Counted from the first letter of the whole stretch, positions 25,742-37,719 are shown. The stretch: DNA of 62,379 nt, filler included, from Globobulimina sp. (GCA_003354225.1; 34 parts of 34 records of this genome joined end to end with filler, not necessarily neighbours in it); one strand, 5' to 3'. Notes: generated from the letters alone by a model not told the origin. Translations and numbers: made by a program.

Positions 25742-26383
25742 AAAAAACGAGACGCTGCGCAAGCTCGAAAGGATAAAATTGTAAAAGAAGCACAAGAACA
25801 TAAACAAAAATTGGGCCTCTTATTAGATTATGCGATTCAGGAACAACAACAAAAAAAATTAAAGTCAGTTACTGCAGCACAAAATCCTCCCATTGATTAT
25901 GTACAAAATACTGCCAATTTGCCTCCATTAATTCCACCACCGATGCCTGTAAAAAAAAATCAGTTTTTTTTCCAAAAATCACCTCCAATTTCTGAGCAGA
26001 TATCACATCAATTAAACCTCCCGACATTATCAAATCAGCAATTAATTAAACACCCAATCATTGCTTCTGAACCTACAGCGGTTTGTTTCTCAACAAACCA
26101 ATTAAATCCTGCAAAAGGTAGAGGTGTAGCAGCAGCTGAAAGTGATGCAAATAATAAGATTTTGACAGAAATTAAAGACATGATCGACGACATTGAAGAT
26201 GACGGATTAATAGATGCAGCTCAGTTGATTGGACTGAAGCAAATGTTATATTTAAATGACAATTTAGGTGCAATGTCGACAGTTTATATTGAAGAATATT
26301 CGCGGTTAGATGGCAAATATTATGGTGATCCAGAAAAAATCATCAAGAAACTTGTAATCATATTCAATTTGTTTCATAAATAA
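25742..26383 (+). CDS. Hypothetical protein, 5'-partial; candidate second ORF of the adjacent Harbinger element
   Basis: Frame open from the contig start; convergent with the transposase. Confidence 0.5.
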   Translation, partial: KKRDAAQARKDKIVKEAQEHKQKLGLLLDYAIQEQQQKKLKSVTAAQNPPIDYVQNTANLPPLIPPPMPVKKNQFFFQKSPPISEQISHQLNLPTLSNQQLIKHPIIASEPTAVCFSTNQLNPAKGRGVAAAESDANNKILTEIKDMIDDIEDDGLIDAAQLIGLKQMLYLNDNLGAMSTVYIEEYSRLDGKYYGDPEKIIKKLVIIFNLFHK

Positions 26384-26731
26384 TGCTTGTACTTTTTGCT
26401 TATTTTTATTATTTGTAATTTTTCTATGAATTTTGTCTTTGTTTGCCATGAATTTTTGTTGTGTTAAATAACTTGTTATTTTTATTTTTTGTTGTCAGGA
26501 TTATGAGTTATTGCAGCTACCTTCGCATGACGTTTTGAACAAAATGTCATGTCCTATGTAGCTGATGTATAGGACAAATATGTAAAGCCATCCTCGCACA
26601 AAAATATCTCGCATTTTCGCAATAAAAGTAGTCTTTTCATGTACCATGAAACACGTTTGCGAAATTGCGTACAGTTATACATTTTTATTAAAATAACACA
26701 ACAAAAAAACACACACAAAAATGAACCAATT

Positions 26732-27477
26732 TCAAACGTTTGACAACAAAACAATTAATATTTCCTTAATGGATCTTGTAAAACAGCAAATAATAACATG
26801 ATTGATTGAGGTTTCTCTTAATGTGAAATTATCAGCAATAGGAAATTTTGTTTTAAGCCTCGCAAAATAATGCTCCACAATGCTACGATCCCATCGATGA
26901 ATACAATTATACCGTGTCTCTGCAACAGTAAGTCCTCGCCGTAAATATGCATTTGGTGTAATAAATGGACCATTGATTCTTGCATATATTCCATCGGCCA
27001 AACATTTATCGCCAGGGCCCAAATATAAGCCTGGATTAGCAAATAAATCAGAATCATAAAATAGTTGAATGTCATTATCTGAACCAACTGCATGTCCTTG
27101 AAATAACCTGCATAAACCATCACAATCCACGCCGACAAAAAATCCGAATGTATACTGTCTTTTATATCCATCATAATATGCAATTCCTTGTGGTTTACTT
27201 GGGCGTGTTCGATGGCACTATATGCAGTATAAAATGAATTATTTTCATTGGTGTTAAATGATTCAAAAAAACACACTTTGACTACGTCCACAGCCAATAA
27301 TGCCCGAGGAAAATGCCTGAACGCACGCTGTCCAATTTTACAGGAATAATGTGTGCTAAATAAATTGGTGTTATCCTCTCTACAATCAATAAACAAATAT
27401 GGTGGAAGTCTCTAATCACAGTTGTCCTATTTTGATCGTAATAATGCGCCAACATATCCCATGGAATACATCTTAAT
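26732..27477 (-). mobile_element. PIF/Harbinger (DDE_Tnp_4-like) transposase, intron-containing and degenerate
   Basis: Reconstructed: LAHYYDQNRTTVIRDF...FPRALLAVDVVK|CHRTRP...YYDGYK...GVDCDG...GSDND...LADGIY...YNCIHRWDRSIVEHYFARLK; intron ~27278-27219; frameshift near 27340. Confidence 0.82.
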
Positions 27478-27727
27478 NNNNNNNNNNNNNNNNNNNNNNN
27501 NNNNNNNNNNNNNNNNNNNNNTTAATTAATTAANNNNNNNNNNNNNNNNNNNNNNNNNNNNNNNNNNNNNNNNNNNNTTATTGGATTGATCATGACATAT
27601 AACACAGTATTTAAACAATTTTATTCTATTTTCACGCAAAACAAATTCCAACATTTCTTTTTTGTCATTCTCAGTCATCGTTCGTCAAAAAATAGCACAA
27701 TTAAATTAAAGTAAAAAACACTAATAT

Positions 27728-29029
27728 TTATATATTGCCAATTGTTTTTGAAAATTTGCCAACAAACTCCTCTTCATACTGTAGTTGCTGTTGTTTATTT
27801 ATTTGTTGATATGAATTGAGTGGAGATTTAAAATTTTTACTTTTGCTCCATACAATAGCATTCCCCAAACCTAACAACGAAATGCCATAATGATGTATGG
27901 CAGACGCCCATATTGGCGCAATACAGTCACTACAAATAACATTGTACATTCTTACACAAAATGGGCCAATCCACACAATAATAAAAACAATAGTAAATAA
28001 TTCCAAACGTGATATCATATTCCCATCAGGCAATGATACGCCACCAAACACATATCCTTGCGAGAAATGAATATCATTATCACTCTCTGATATCGATGAG
28101 TCACTCAGCAATGATTCCGATATTGATTTTGGTGAATTACCACGTTCCATAACACGTTTCTTCTTTTTTCTTTTTTTTCTGCGACACAATTGAGGACAAC
28201 AAATAAATCTGATGCCATATCGATATTTGTTGGTTTTTTTATGTTTACATAAGCGTAAAATAGGACAGTTCCATCGAATTGAAATATAAATTAATAAAAA
28301 TATAGCAAAACATAATGAGCCACCAACCAAACCATAAAATGAGATAAAATATGATTTCGTTGCTATCCAACATTCAGTATCATTTCCCATCACATCCGCT
28401 CTGGAAACATTTTCATATTCGCCATATTCATCAAATGGATACAATGGAATTACGGCACAAAGCAAGGCAGTAAACCATACAATAAAATGGTGGATCTTTT
28501 TGGTTTTATTAAAATTTCGAACTGAGGAACCGAATATTACTGAACATAAAAACCATGCAATCATCAAATACCATACAACGCCGGCACTCATTATAAATTG
28601 TTCAATTACACCAAATATTTTACATGAAAGCGGTGTTGTGTCAATAAAATGTAATTCAAACAATTTGGGCATCCATGAAAATACGTTCCATAATGAAAAT
28701 AATGCGTCGCAGATTGACATATAAAATATGTGATGACATATTAGTTCTGGCCTTTCAGAAAAGGATACGTTTATTGTTGATGATGAACATAATATTCTTG
28801 ACAAATGGTGATGATTATGGGAGGAATAGGAGGCACTCTGTGATACACCGGCAACACCGCCGTTACTCGCACTCGAGATGTTCATATTTAAAATTGTTTT
28901 TAATTTTTCTTCTCTGGCTTTATGCATCAACCATGCTGATGCAGAGATATATAGAGCAGAGAAAAAGGATATTATAGATAGTATTGTCGTTGGTAAAGAT
29001 AACACCAACTCTGTTTTGCTTAGTGTCAT
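27728..29029 (-). CDS. GPCR, cAMP-receptor/Git3-like 7TM
   Basis: Seven TM segments; IFYMSICD, CKIFG..EQF, ECWI, GLGNAIVW. Confidence 0.82.
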   Translation of the reverse strand: MTLSKTELVLSLPTTILSIISFFSALYISASAWLMHKAREEKLKTILNMNISSASNGGVAGVSQSASYSSHNHHHLSRILCSSSTINVSFSERPELICHHIFYMSICDALFSLWNVFSWMPKLFELHFIDTTPLSCKIFGVIEQFIMSAGVVWYLMIAWFLCSVIFGSSVRNFNKTKKIHHFIVWFTALLCAVIPLYPFDEYGEYENVSRADVMGNDTECWIATKSYFISFYGLVGGSLCFAIFLLIYISIRWNCPILRLCKHKKTNKYRYGIRFICCPQLCRRKKRKKKKRVMERGNSPKSISESLLSDSSISESDNDIHFSQGYVFGGVSLPDGNMISRLELFTIVFIIVWIGPFCVRMYNVICSDCIAPIWASAIHHYGISLLGLGNAIVWSKSKNFKSPLNSYQQINKQQQLQYEEEFVGKFSKTIGNI

Positions 29030-29418
29030 TGTTTTCAGGGTTTTTTTTAGAGATCACAGGCTATTTTTAACAAAACGGAAACAGTTCTGAATTGACACTC
29101 TGTTTACAATTTTATATGCATTCCATGGGATTGTTAGTTGGCAGCTAAAATTGGAGCCTATGCAAAAATTGTTAGAACTGCAGCTAATGGAAAGTTATAT
29201 TAAAGTATACAAAAAACAAGAGAAAAATAAATAAAAATTGATTTAACAATTGAAGTTGAGATATTCTGTCAAAAAAAACAGTAAAATAAATTAAAAAAAG
29301 TATAACTCAACAACCNNNNNNNNNNNNNNNNNNNNNNNNNNNNNNNNNNNNNNNNNNNNTTAATTAATTAANNNNNNNNNNNNNNNNNNNNNNNNNNNNN
29401 NNNNNNNNNNNNNNNACC

Positions 29419-31153
29419 ATGGAGAATGAAATGGCAAAAATGATGAATCATGTGCACTCTCATTCTGATAGCCATGATTTGCAGGAACATAAACACAAAT
29501 CGGCTAATCATCAATTTGAGCATCATGAAGAACACAAACATGAATCCGCTGATCATCCGCATGAAGATGAGCATAAACATTCACATTATTGCTCAGTCAA
29601 AAGTAAAATAAACCTATGGGAAGAAAGCCATGGTCCACATCAAGTTTATTATCGCGCAAAAATTAAATCAATTGCAAATATTTCAAATGTAGATCAATCC
29701 TTTGATGTGATGATGGATATAATTTTAGAATGGATGGCATCGAAAAAAGACGTCGACGATAAATTAGTGAATCTAAAATTGTCGACACAAAATAAAGATT
29801 TATTTAAAAATCTAAAAGATAACGATTCATTTGTTCCGCCAGACATAGATTTTCCGACTTTGATTAGAAACATTGCTAAGCCAACATCCAAGATCGAGGT
29901 GATGAAAATTGAAGAAATGTTATGTTTCAGACAGACCACAAGTTATCATCTTAAATTTTCAGAAAGATTCGAATTGCAATCATTCCCCTTTGATTGCCAA
30001 GATTTTACCATCAAAATGCTATTTCCTATATGCAATAAAATTGCACATTTTTTCCCGTCCGTGACACAGTCCGATCAGACATTCATTGAATTAAAAGCTC
30101 AGTACCATTTATCAGAATGGCTAAGTTTAGTAAAGAAGAACTTGTGTAATGTGTATGTGATGAAAACATAACTTGACAAACAACTGCGGAGTGCTGTACA
30201 TGTTAAAAACATATATAATACCATATACAGTGCATGCACCGTTATGCGAACAGAGAAAAGTGCCGAGAAATGTTATCGGTGCAGATTTTGCGCCAAAGGT
30301 TTTGAATGAAACATTAATTATTATTTCTTTGAAAGCTCAAAGGAACTGGAAATCATATTGCTTTCGTATTTTTGTTGTGACATTTTTGATATCATTTACA
30401 TTGTTGGCGGCCTATGCCATCGAAGCTGAGCAGGTTGGTGGCAGATTGCAACACGGAGTTACTATCCTATTGACCATGGTTGCATTTCAGTTTGTGGTTC
30501 AAACACATTTACCACATTTAGGATATTTAACTGTTTTGGATAAATACTTATTGTGGATGGATGCTTACGTAGTTTTATCCATTTTGCTGATGGCGCTGCC
30601 ACATTTACTACAAAAACAAAATGATGATATTAATATGGTCTGTGGCTCGATCACCGTTGGATTCGTAGTTGGTGTCAATATTTATATTATTTGGTTAGTT
30701 ATGAGGAGGTATTATCTAAATGAACTCAAAAAATTGACAGCGACTCGACACGAATTGAAGGTATTAAATGGGTCAATTTACGATGCATCGAAGGAGACAG
30801 TAATGAATAAATTTGTTTATGACGATGTCTGTGGTGGTGGAGGTATGATTTATTATGGAAATGCAACAACATTAGCAAAAAAATTAAAAGATGATGCTGA
30901 AACTGTTGATATTAAATATTTGCCTCAGTTATCAGAGTATATGAACTGGGCTGGTATTTGGCGCGCAGAGGGCCATCATGGAACAGAATATGTTTATGTT
31001 TTTGTTAAAAGAGATGGCCATGAGGTAAATGATGAGGGTCAGCATAAACATGAACTTAAACATAAACATAAACATGGCGATGAGCATCAACATAAATTAA
31101 TTTTAGTGGCCCGTCAAATTACTGGCGATGCTCATGTTCTTTCTGGCGAAATT
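29419..31153 (+). CDS. Cys-less pentameric ligand-gated ion channel with His-rich N-terminus and DUF3506-like C-terminal domain; intron ~30125-30230, partial
   Basis: FELQSFPFDCQDF loop; four TM segments with RLQHGVTILLTMVAF and LPHLGYLTVLDKY; C-terminal GIW..GHHGTE and ARQITGDAHV. Confidence 0.85.
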
Positions 31154-32299
31154 NNNNNNNNNNNNNNNNNNNNNNNNNNNNNNNNNNNNNNNNNNNNTTA
31201 ATTAATTAANNNNNNNNNNNNNNNNNNNNNNNNNNNNNNNNNNNNNNNNNNNNCAGAAAGCCATGCAAGTGGATCGGGGTTAATCTTCATAGAAATTAAA
31301 ATCAGAATACGCTCCCAAAATAATCATCAGATTAAGAAAAAGAAAACATTTTAATATAAACATACCATATGATGTTGATTGAAATCGATCCAATGAATTA
31401 ATGGAGTCTGTGATGTTAAGAAAAGGAGCAAAGTAAATAGGCGCAAATTAAACAAATGAAATATATTATATTTTATTGTACATTTAGTTGTTTCTACATT
31501 GTGTCTTAATTCAGTGAGAATATTGGAAATTCTGTGTAGTTAGCCATCAACGCATAAATTGCCAGAATATCGTAATTTATAAAAAAAATGAATCGTAATG
31601 TTATCATCCACAACAAAGTCAAAGTGTGTCATTCAAATATATCATACCGTACATTTACATATGAAATCCGTAAGAAATTACTAGAAAATAATAGTAATGT
31701 ATTTGTTGACCAAATGCTATTTTATTTTCATAATATTACCTTTGATTTGAGCGAATGTAATCATTTTGCGGTAGATTTAAGGACTTGATTTGATGTGATA
31801 AAAGAAAGAGGAGGAGGAGTTGATGTTTGTGTTGCAAAAACCTTTTAGTTGTCAGTGAGGGATCGACTGTAAAAAATTATTTGGAGTTGATTGAATTGAC
31901 ACTTTTGATTTGCCTGTGGATTTATGCTATGTGGACATTATTTATTATGTGAATTGTTTCAGATCAATGTTTAATGCAATAAATCGTTTCATAAAGTACT
32001 TTGTGTCATTATGCACCACTCAAAAACTAAAAACATTTTTATCATCAAAACGAATGGTATTCGTCTAAACACAATCAATCTCCATATTCCATCAACACAT
32101 TAAATTTAGGTATTTTTAGTAATTGTAACTATTCATTTCACTGTCATGTACCAACCACATATTTGCAAATAAAAACAAAAATAAACACAACAATTGAAAA
32201 AGATATACAATTTACAAAAATAACCCATTCTATATATCATCCCATAAATATACAACACAATAAAATAATATTGGGAACATCAAATAATTTCGTAATACA

Positions 32300-32991
32300 A
32301 TGAGTGAGCAACAGAATAACAACGACAATAATAACAATAATGCGCAACCACAGAATAATAACAACGCCAACAATAAACCGATAACAAATCACAACCATCA
32401 AAGTAGCCAACAAACATCGATTGCAATATCTTCATCCTCTACGATGCAAAAACACGTTAAATACACAAAATAATTTTACAACTAAATAAATTTTCATACC
32501 AACAAAAAAAACTCATATTATCCTTGCACTCAAATAACAAACACATACAAAAAACTACAAAAAACAGAAATCCGCATCTTTTCGCTCACGTTCCCGTTCT
32601 CGATCTCGTTCCAGATCGCGTGAAAGGGACAGCAATAAGTCATGTGAGCAAAGCTCCAGAACTCAACAACGAGAATTATTGAAAGTATCAGATCTTGAAA
32701 ACCTACAAAATAAAAACATTAAAACTGAAAAACCGCCCACTACGGACTCAAACACCCAAAATGTAGCGATTCACAGATTTGACATTGAACAAGAAGCGAA
32801 AGCCATGGGTTTGGATTATTTCACATTAAAACAAATCCAAATGAGCGATGAACAAATCATCAAATTAATCAAAGACAAAAAACAACAAAACAACTGCACA
32901 AAAGTCACGGTGACGACGACCAACAACAACAACACAGACAACAACAGCAATATTATCATGCCCCGATCGCAACAAATAACTCCTACAAAGC
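32300..32991 (+). CDS. Asn-rich/RS-repeat protein; exons 32300-32455 and 32568-32991, 3'-partial
   Basis: ATG exon MSEQQNNN..., a phase-0 GT..AG intron, then KSASFRSRSRSRSRSRSRE. Confidence 0.6.
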
Positions 32992-33093
32992 NNNNNNNNN
33001 NNNNNNNNNNNNNNNNNNNNNNNNNNNNNNNNNNNTTAATTAATTAANNNNNNNNNNNNNNNNNNNNNNNNNNNNNNNNNNNNNNNNNNNNGC

Positions 33094-34829
33094 AAATCGA
33101 ATTGGTTATTATTAGCACGATTTACCACCAAAATGAGCGATGCGTTGTCTGTGCCCACTGCGACGGACTATGATAAGCATAAAATTGAAAATATATTGGA
33201 TGAGAGTGATAAGAAAAAAGCAAGAAAAGTATTTAATACAATGATATCCATTATGCATGAAACTACAATGAAAGTGAACCACCAAACCTCATTAAATCAA
33301 GATTTTGAATCTGCCTCATTTGGTATGTCAATGTGTTGTGTCTCTTTCTCCTGATTCCGATGCATTTGATTCCATCGTAATGTACCATCTTTATATTGAT
33401 CCTCGTAGTTTGCTTTCAGTGTGACATCATTTTGTTTGAGTCGCGTCACAAACTCGTTGTAATAACTCGTTTTACTTTGAATCAATTGCTGTAATGCATT
33501 TATTTTTGGTTGCAATGATTTTTCAATTCGATCCGGTGGCAATAAGCCCGTATTTATGCAGCTTTGGTATAAAGTTTGTATTTCGGCTTCAATCGATGAT
33601 TTTCTTTCATTTTCGATTTTTGTTGAATTGTTGTGGAAGTTATCAAATATTGACTGTCTGATTGCAAATTGTTGCTCAATTAATTGCCAATATTGATGCA
33701 CATCGTGTTCATGCGACATATTTTGCAGTTTTTGCTGATTTGTAAATGTTTTGAGTATTCCTTGAAATGCTTTATCTGAGTTTTGTATTTGTTGACGAAC
33801 ATTATTTGCTGTGTTTGATATTTGTTGGTTACATTTATTGATTATATTTTGTTGAGTTTGTTTAAACAGTTTATGAGCCTTTAAATATTGTTCTTTTTTC
33901 TGTAATACATATTTTTGCATTTTTTCTGATGGTGATTGTAATTTAAAAACCAAAACTATATCCTCTGACTTTTGTGGATCTTGCAATGATAATAATGCCT
34001 CATCTGATTGTTCTGCAGTTGGTTTCTCTGACTTTTCCGCATCCGGTGCTTCTTGAATTTTTTCTGTGTTTTCCATGATTTGTTTTGTATCAAATTATGA
34101 TTTGTTTTTCACAGCAAACTTACGTAGCAACTTAGATTGGATCGGATTGAGTCAACCGCAATTAACCAAAATCAATGAAATATTGGTGTCGCGACGCAAT
34201 TTAATATTGGAATATGTCCGCATTCGAATCAATTGCTATCATGAAATATTATCACGTTTCAGTAACATGAACATGACAGAGACCAACGAGTACCAACGAG
34301 ATGACAACGTATCACTATGTTTGGATTTATTTACAATTTTATGCAATTATGGTCTGGATTTAATTGAGAATATCTCGCCAATATTAGAGAGCACGCCCTT
34401 TGATGCCTGGGTCCAATTAATACCGCAATTATTCTCGCGGTTAGGTCATAGTCAACCAATTATCCGCCAGGAAATCGAGAAATTAGTAATGGGGATCACG
34501 CGGTCCTACCCATCCAAGATAATCTTCCCCGTTTTGAGTGGTATTGACAGCAATGTACAGTCCATCCAATCAACGAGCAACTTACAGATGGCTTTGCAAC
34601 GCACACTCGCTAAATTGCGTGAATCTGAGCAATTAAGTTTGATATTGTCGCAAGTCTCGGACATGAAACTTGAGTTGGCGCGGATCAGTGTGTTATGGGA
34701 GGACAAATGGTTGCAAATTATCCAGGAAATCAAACACATGATGCCCTCTCGGATACGGTTGCTGGAGCATGAAATCAATTTGATTATAAAAAATAGCATA
34801 TCTTCATCTCCGTCGAGTAAACATTCTTC
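33094..34829 (+). CDS. SMG1: PIKK family kinase, FAT region (SMG1-like); exons 33094-33322 and 34115-34829
   Basis: AWVQLIPQLFSRLGH, ELARISVLWEDKW; upstream exon KSNWLLLARF; GTATGT..CACAG joins in frame (G|CA). Confidence 0.7.
33297..34076 (-). CDS. CCDC180/DUF4455-like coiled-coil fragment nested antisense in the SMG1-like intron
   Basis: WQLIEQQFAIRQ...ENERKSSIE...GLLPPDRIEK pattern recalls the CCDC180 N-terminal domain (recognition only). Confidence 0.55.
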   Translation of the reverse strand: MENTEKIQEAPDAEKSEKPTAEQSDEALLSLQDPQKSEDIVLVFKLQSPSEKMQKYVLQKKEQYLKAHKLFKQTQQNIINKCNQQISNTANNVRQQIQNSDKAFQGILKTFTNQQKLQNMSHEHDVHQYWQLIEQQFAIRQSIFDNFHNNSTKIENERKSSIEAEIQTLYQSCINTGLLPPDRIEKSLQPKINALQQLIQSKTSYYNEFVTRLKQNDVTLKANYEDQYKDGTLRWNQMHRNQEKETQHIDIPNEADSKS

Positions 34830-34929
34830 NNNNNNNNNNNNNNNNNNNNNNNNNNNNNNNNNNNNNNNNNNNNTTAATTAATTAANNNNNNNNNNNNNNN
34901 NNNNNNNNNNNNNNNNNNNNNNNNNNNNN

Positions 34930-36495
34930 ACACTTACATGCAATGGGGCTACGAGCATAGCTCCATTTGATATGAACAGTGAGTGTTGGCTCACATCAGA
35001 GCCACTCACAACATTCTATCCATTATCTACAAACGTTGTCAATTCAGGTCTGTTTCCAACATGGATCAAAACACTAAATCATTTGTGTGTTTGTTTGTTT
35101 TGTACAGCAAACGTAACAGAAACCATCATATCATATACGGACTCCGTTGATGAAGACACAGAAACCAGCACAACAGCCACCACATACATGTCCGATGAAG
35201 ATGCATTCGCTTCATTGTCCCAGCACGTCACTGCAACCTCCGCTATCATTGCCGCCTTAGTATTGTTAGTCTGTTGCTGTGGTTGCGTATTATGTCATTT
35301 TGTGCGTCGTAAACGGCAATTACACGCGCAGCTATTTGCGAAAGTAGATGTCGTCACTGATCAGGATGCGTCCCCACATATATCAGCCAATAAAATAAAC
35401 ATCACTGCCAACCGACTATCATCTAAATCCTATCCAGTATCGGGCCTATCGGCCCCCGTACCAATATCGTCCATCTCGCCAAGGTCCCCAATATCCTCAT
35501 CCATGATATCCCGCTCCCGGAATAGCGGCAGTGGGCTGGGCTTTGCCTATGATACTTATTTATCGTCGCCAGGCGAGGCCAGTATGAGTGTACCGCATAT
35601 AAAGCCACCTCGGCCGATTTTGACCAACATAAATAGTCATAACAGTGTCGGTTCGTATCAACATAATTTTAGCCCCGGGGTGCCGTTACAAGTCAGCAAC
35701 GCTGGGCGTAGACATTCAGAATGGCATAAATATCAATATCAGCAGGCCCAACTTCAAAGAGCTCGCGCCATGCAACAGCAACAGCTTTATGCCCAGACGC
35801 CGGTGTATACCAACTCGCAATCTTATAACTCGCAGACGTATAATCATTCGCCGGTGCCTTTAACCGGCCCTTTGCATCCATTTAGTTTCCCGTTGGCACC
35901 ACTTCCACAGCCACCGCAACCTTCGCCGCCACCGCAACAACCACAACCACAGACGCCGGTACTCGATAATAGTGTACCTCCGCCACCGCCGCTTGAGGCG
36001 CCTCCACCGCCACCACCATTGAGGCTCTCTGTGCTTTCGGATGGAAGCTATGCGTGCGACACTGATACGAGTCTGGCGAATACGAACACGAATACAGAGA
36101 CAGAGAGTGAGCGAACTGAGTCGGATGCGCAGGAGACTGAGAATGGCAATGGCGATGAGAATGAGATTGTTATTTTAGCAGAGGAGATAGCGGCAGAATT
36201 GCATGAAAAAAAGAATCATAAAATCCAGTTGAAGACGGAAAATGAGACTGATAATGATAATGAGTATGAGTATGAGTATGCGTTTGAGGAGGATGTGGAT
36301 GGAGGTGCTCAAATTGGGGATGACGAGAAAGAATTATTTGAAGAACCGAAAATGATCGATTGTGCGACGGAGTATACATTGACATATGACCAGGATGGCA
36401 AATTACAGCACCTTCCAAATGAATCTACAGCAACGTTTATAATTAATATGACGACAAATGAAGGTGGCAGTGATCATGACTATTATGAGGATTAA
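34930..36495 (+). CDS. Single-pass membrane protein with a Ser/Pro-rich and acidic tail, 5'-partial
   Basis: TM AIIAALVLLVCCCGCVLC followed by RRKR; likely in-frame intron ~35048-35107. Confidence 0.65.
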   Translation, partial: TLTCNGATSIAPFDMNSECWLTSEPLTTFYPLSTNVVNSGLFPTWIKTLNHLCVCLFCTANVTETIISYTDSVDEDTETSTTATTYMSDEDAFASLSQHVTATSAIIAALVLLVCCCGCVLCHFVRRKRQLHAQLFAKVDVVTDQDASPHISANKINITANRLSSKSYPVSGLSAPVPISSISPRSPISSSMISRSRNSGSGLGFAYDTYLSSPGEASMSVPHIKPPRPILTNINSHNSVGSYQHNFSPGVPLQVSNAGRRHSEWHKYQYQQAQLQRARAMQQQQLYAQTPVYTNSQSYNSQTYNHSPVPLTGPLHPFSFPLAPLPQPPQPSPPPQQPQPQTPVLDNSVPPPPPLEAPPPPPPLRLSVLSDGSYACDTDTSLANTNTNTETESERTESDAQETENGNGDENEIVILAEEIAAELHEKKNHKIQLKTENETDNDNEYEYEYAFEEDVDGGAQIGDDEKELFEEPKMIDCATEYTLTYDQDGKLQHLPNESTATFIINMTTNEGGSDHDYYED

Positions 36496-36767
36496 TTGAT
36501 TATAAATATCATAGAGAAAATTGATTATACTTTTTTTTTCAATTCGAGTGTGGTTTTTTATTTTAGAATGAAATTGTTTTATATTTGTTTTATGCTTATT
36601 TCCTTTCTTATAAGCCGTATTTTTAGTAGTTGTTAATATTACTTTACATATATGTGTTTCAGTTCCTNNNNNNNNNNNNNNNNNNNNNNNNNNNNNNNNN
36701 NNNNNNNNNNNTTAATTAATTAANNNNNNNNNNNNNNNNNNNNNNNNNNNNNNNNNNNNNNNNNNNN

Positions 36768-37484
36768 CAATTTAAAGCTGAAATGGAAGAGAAGCAAAAA
36801 ATAAATGAAAAATACATTACTTGCGATGATGATGAGACAGAAGCATTGTTGGCAGATATTGATAAAGATAACTTTGAATTTCCTCAACATTTAACACGTC
36901 CGGTTCGGTCTTATTTTTCTGAGGAATTAAAAGGTCATATCCTGAGAATGGATAATTTTTGTTTTTGTTTGAATAATGCTGTTGGTTTTTATAACTACAA
37001 ATATTTTATATTGACATTATTTTATTTATGGTTTACGTCATTGGCAACACTTATTATTATCTTCAACAATGTTTGCATGGATAAACAGACTGTGAGTTGG
37101 CTCGATTACAGCATTTATTATATTGTGTTTGCAGCCATAGCAACCATTGTTGCCGGCTCCTTTTTTCTGTTTGCAACACGGCGTTTAATTATGGAGTATT
37201 GTAAGATGACAAAGCATTTAACATCCACAGAATATAGAAATTATTTACAGTTAGAAGCAGTGTGCCATTTTTATGAAATAAAGTTTGTAGAAACACATGA
37301 GTTCGATCATGGAATGTTTGAGAATGTTAAGCGAATGATTGGCAATAATATGTGGTGCTGGTTAATACCAATTGCTCCAAATTTAATCGATGATCCATAC
37401 TCGTTTCAAGTAAACAAAACAAATAAAGATAAAATTGATGCACTTTATGCTCAGATTGAAGCAAAAGAAAAGGAGAGAATGTGA
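36768..37484 (+). CDS. Degenerate DHHC palmitoyltransferase-like protein (DNFC), 5'-partial
   Basis: RPVRS...ILRMDNFCFCLNNAVGFYNYKYFIL; two TM segments; TSTE; FDHG..EN...W..PI. Confidence 0.8.
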   Translation, partial: QFKAEMEEKQKINEKYITCDDDETEALLADIDKDNFEFPQHLTRPVRSYFSEELKGHILRMDNFCFCLNNAVGFYNYKYFILTLFYLWFTSLATLIIIFNNVCMDKQTVSWLDYSIYYIVFAAIATIVAGSFFLFATRRLIMEYCKMTKHLTSTEYRNYLQLEAVCHFYEIKFVETHEFDHGMFENVKRMIGNNMWCWLIPIAPNLIDDPYSFQVNKTNKDKIDALYAQIEAKEKERM

Positions 37485-37719
37485 CCAAATATCTCTTTGT
37501 AAATACTTTTTTATGTGAAAACTTTCTTGAGTGACGCTTTTTAAGCTTGTACGCACCCTAGCATTTACATGCAGGGCAAGGTGTACGCGTCTCCACGCCC
37601 GAATTATTGACCTTCCAAATACTAAACCACATGCATCATTTCTAACCAATCTACAGGGAAAGTACTGTACCTTAAGTCGTATGAGTTAGAATCATAGGAA
37701 TAAAAGCAGACGATGACAA

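Noticed and set aside
31300-31340. CTGATGA on the minus strand as a hammerhead core
   Set aside because: No properly placed GAAA or flanking stems.
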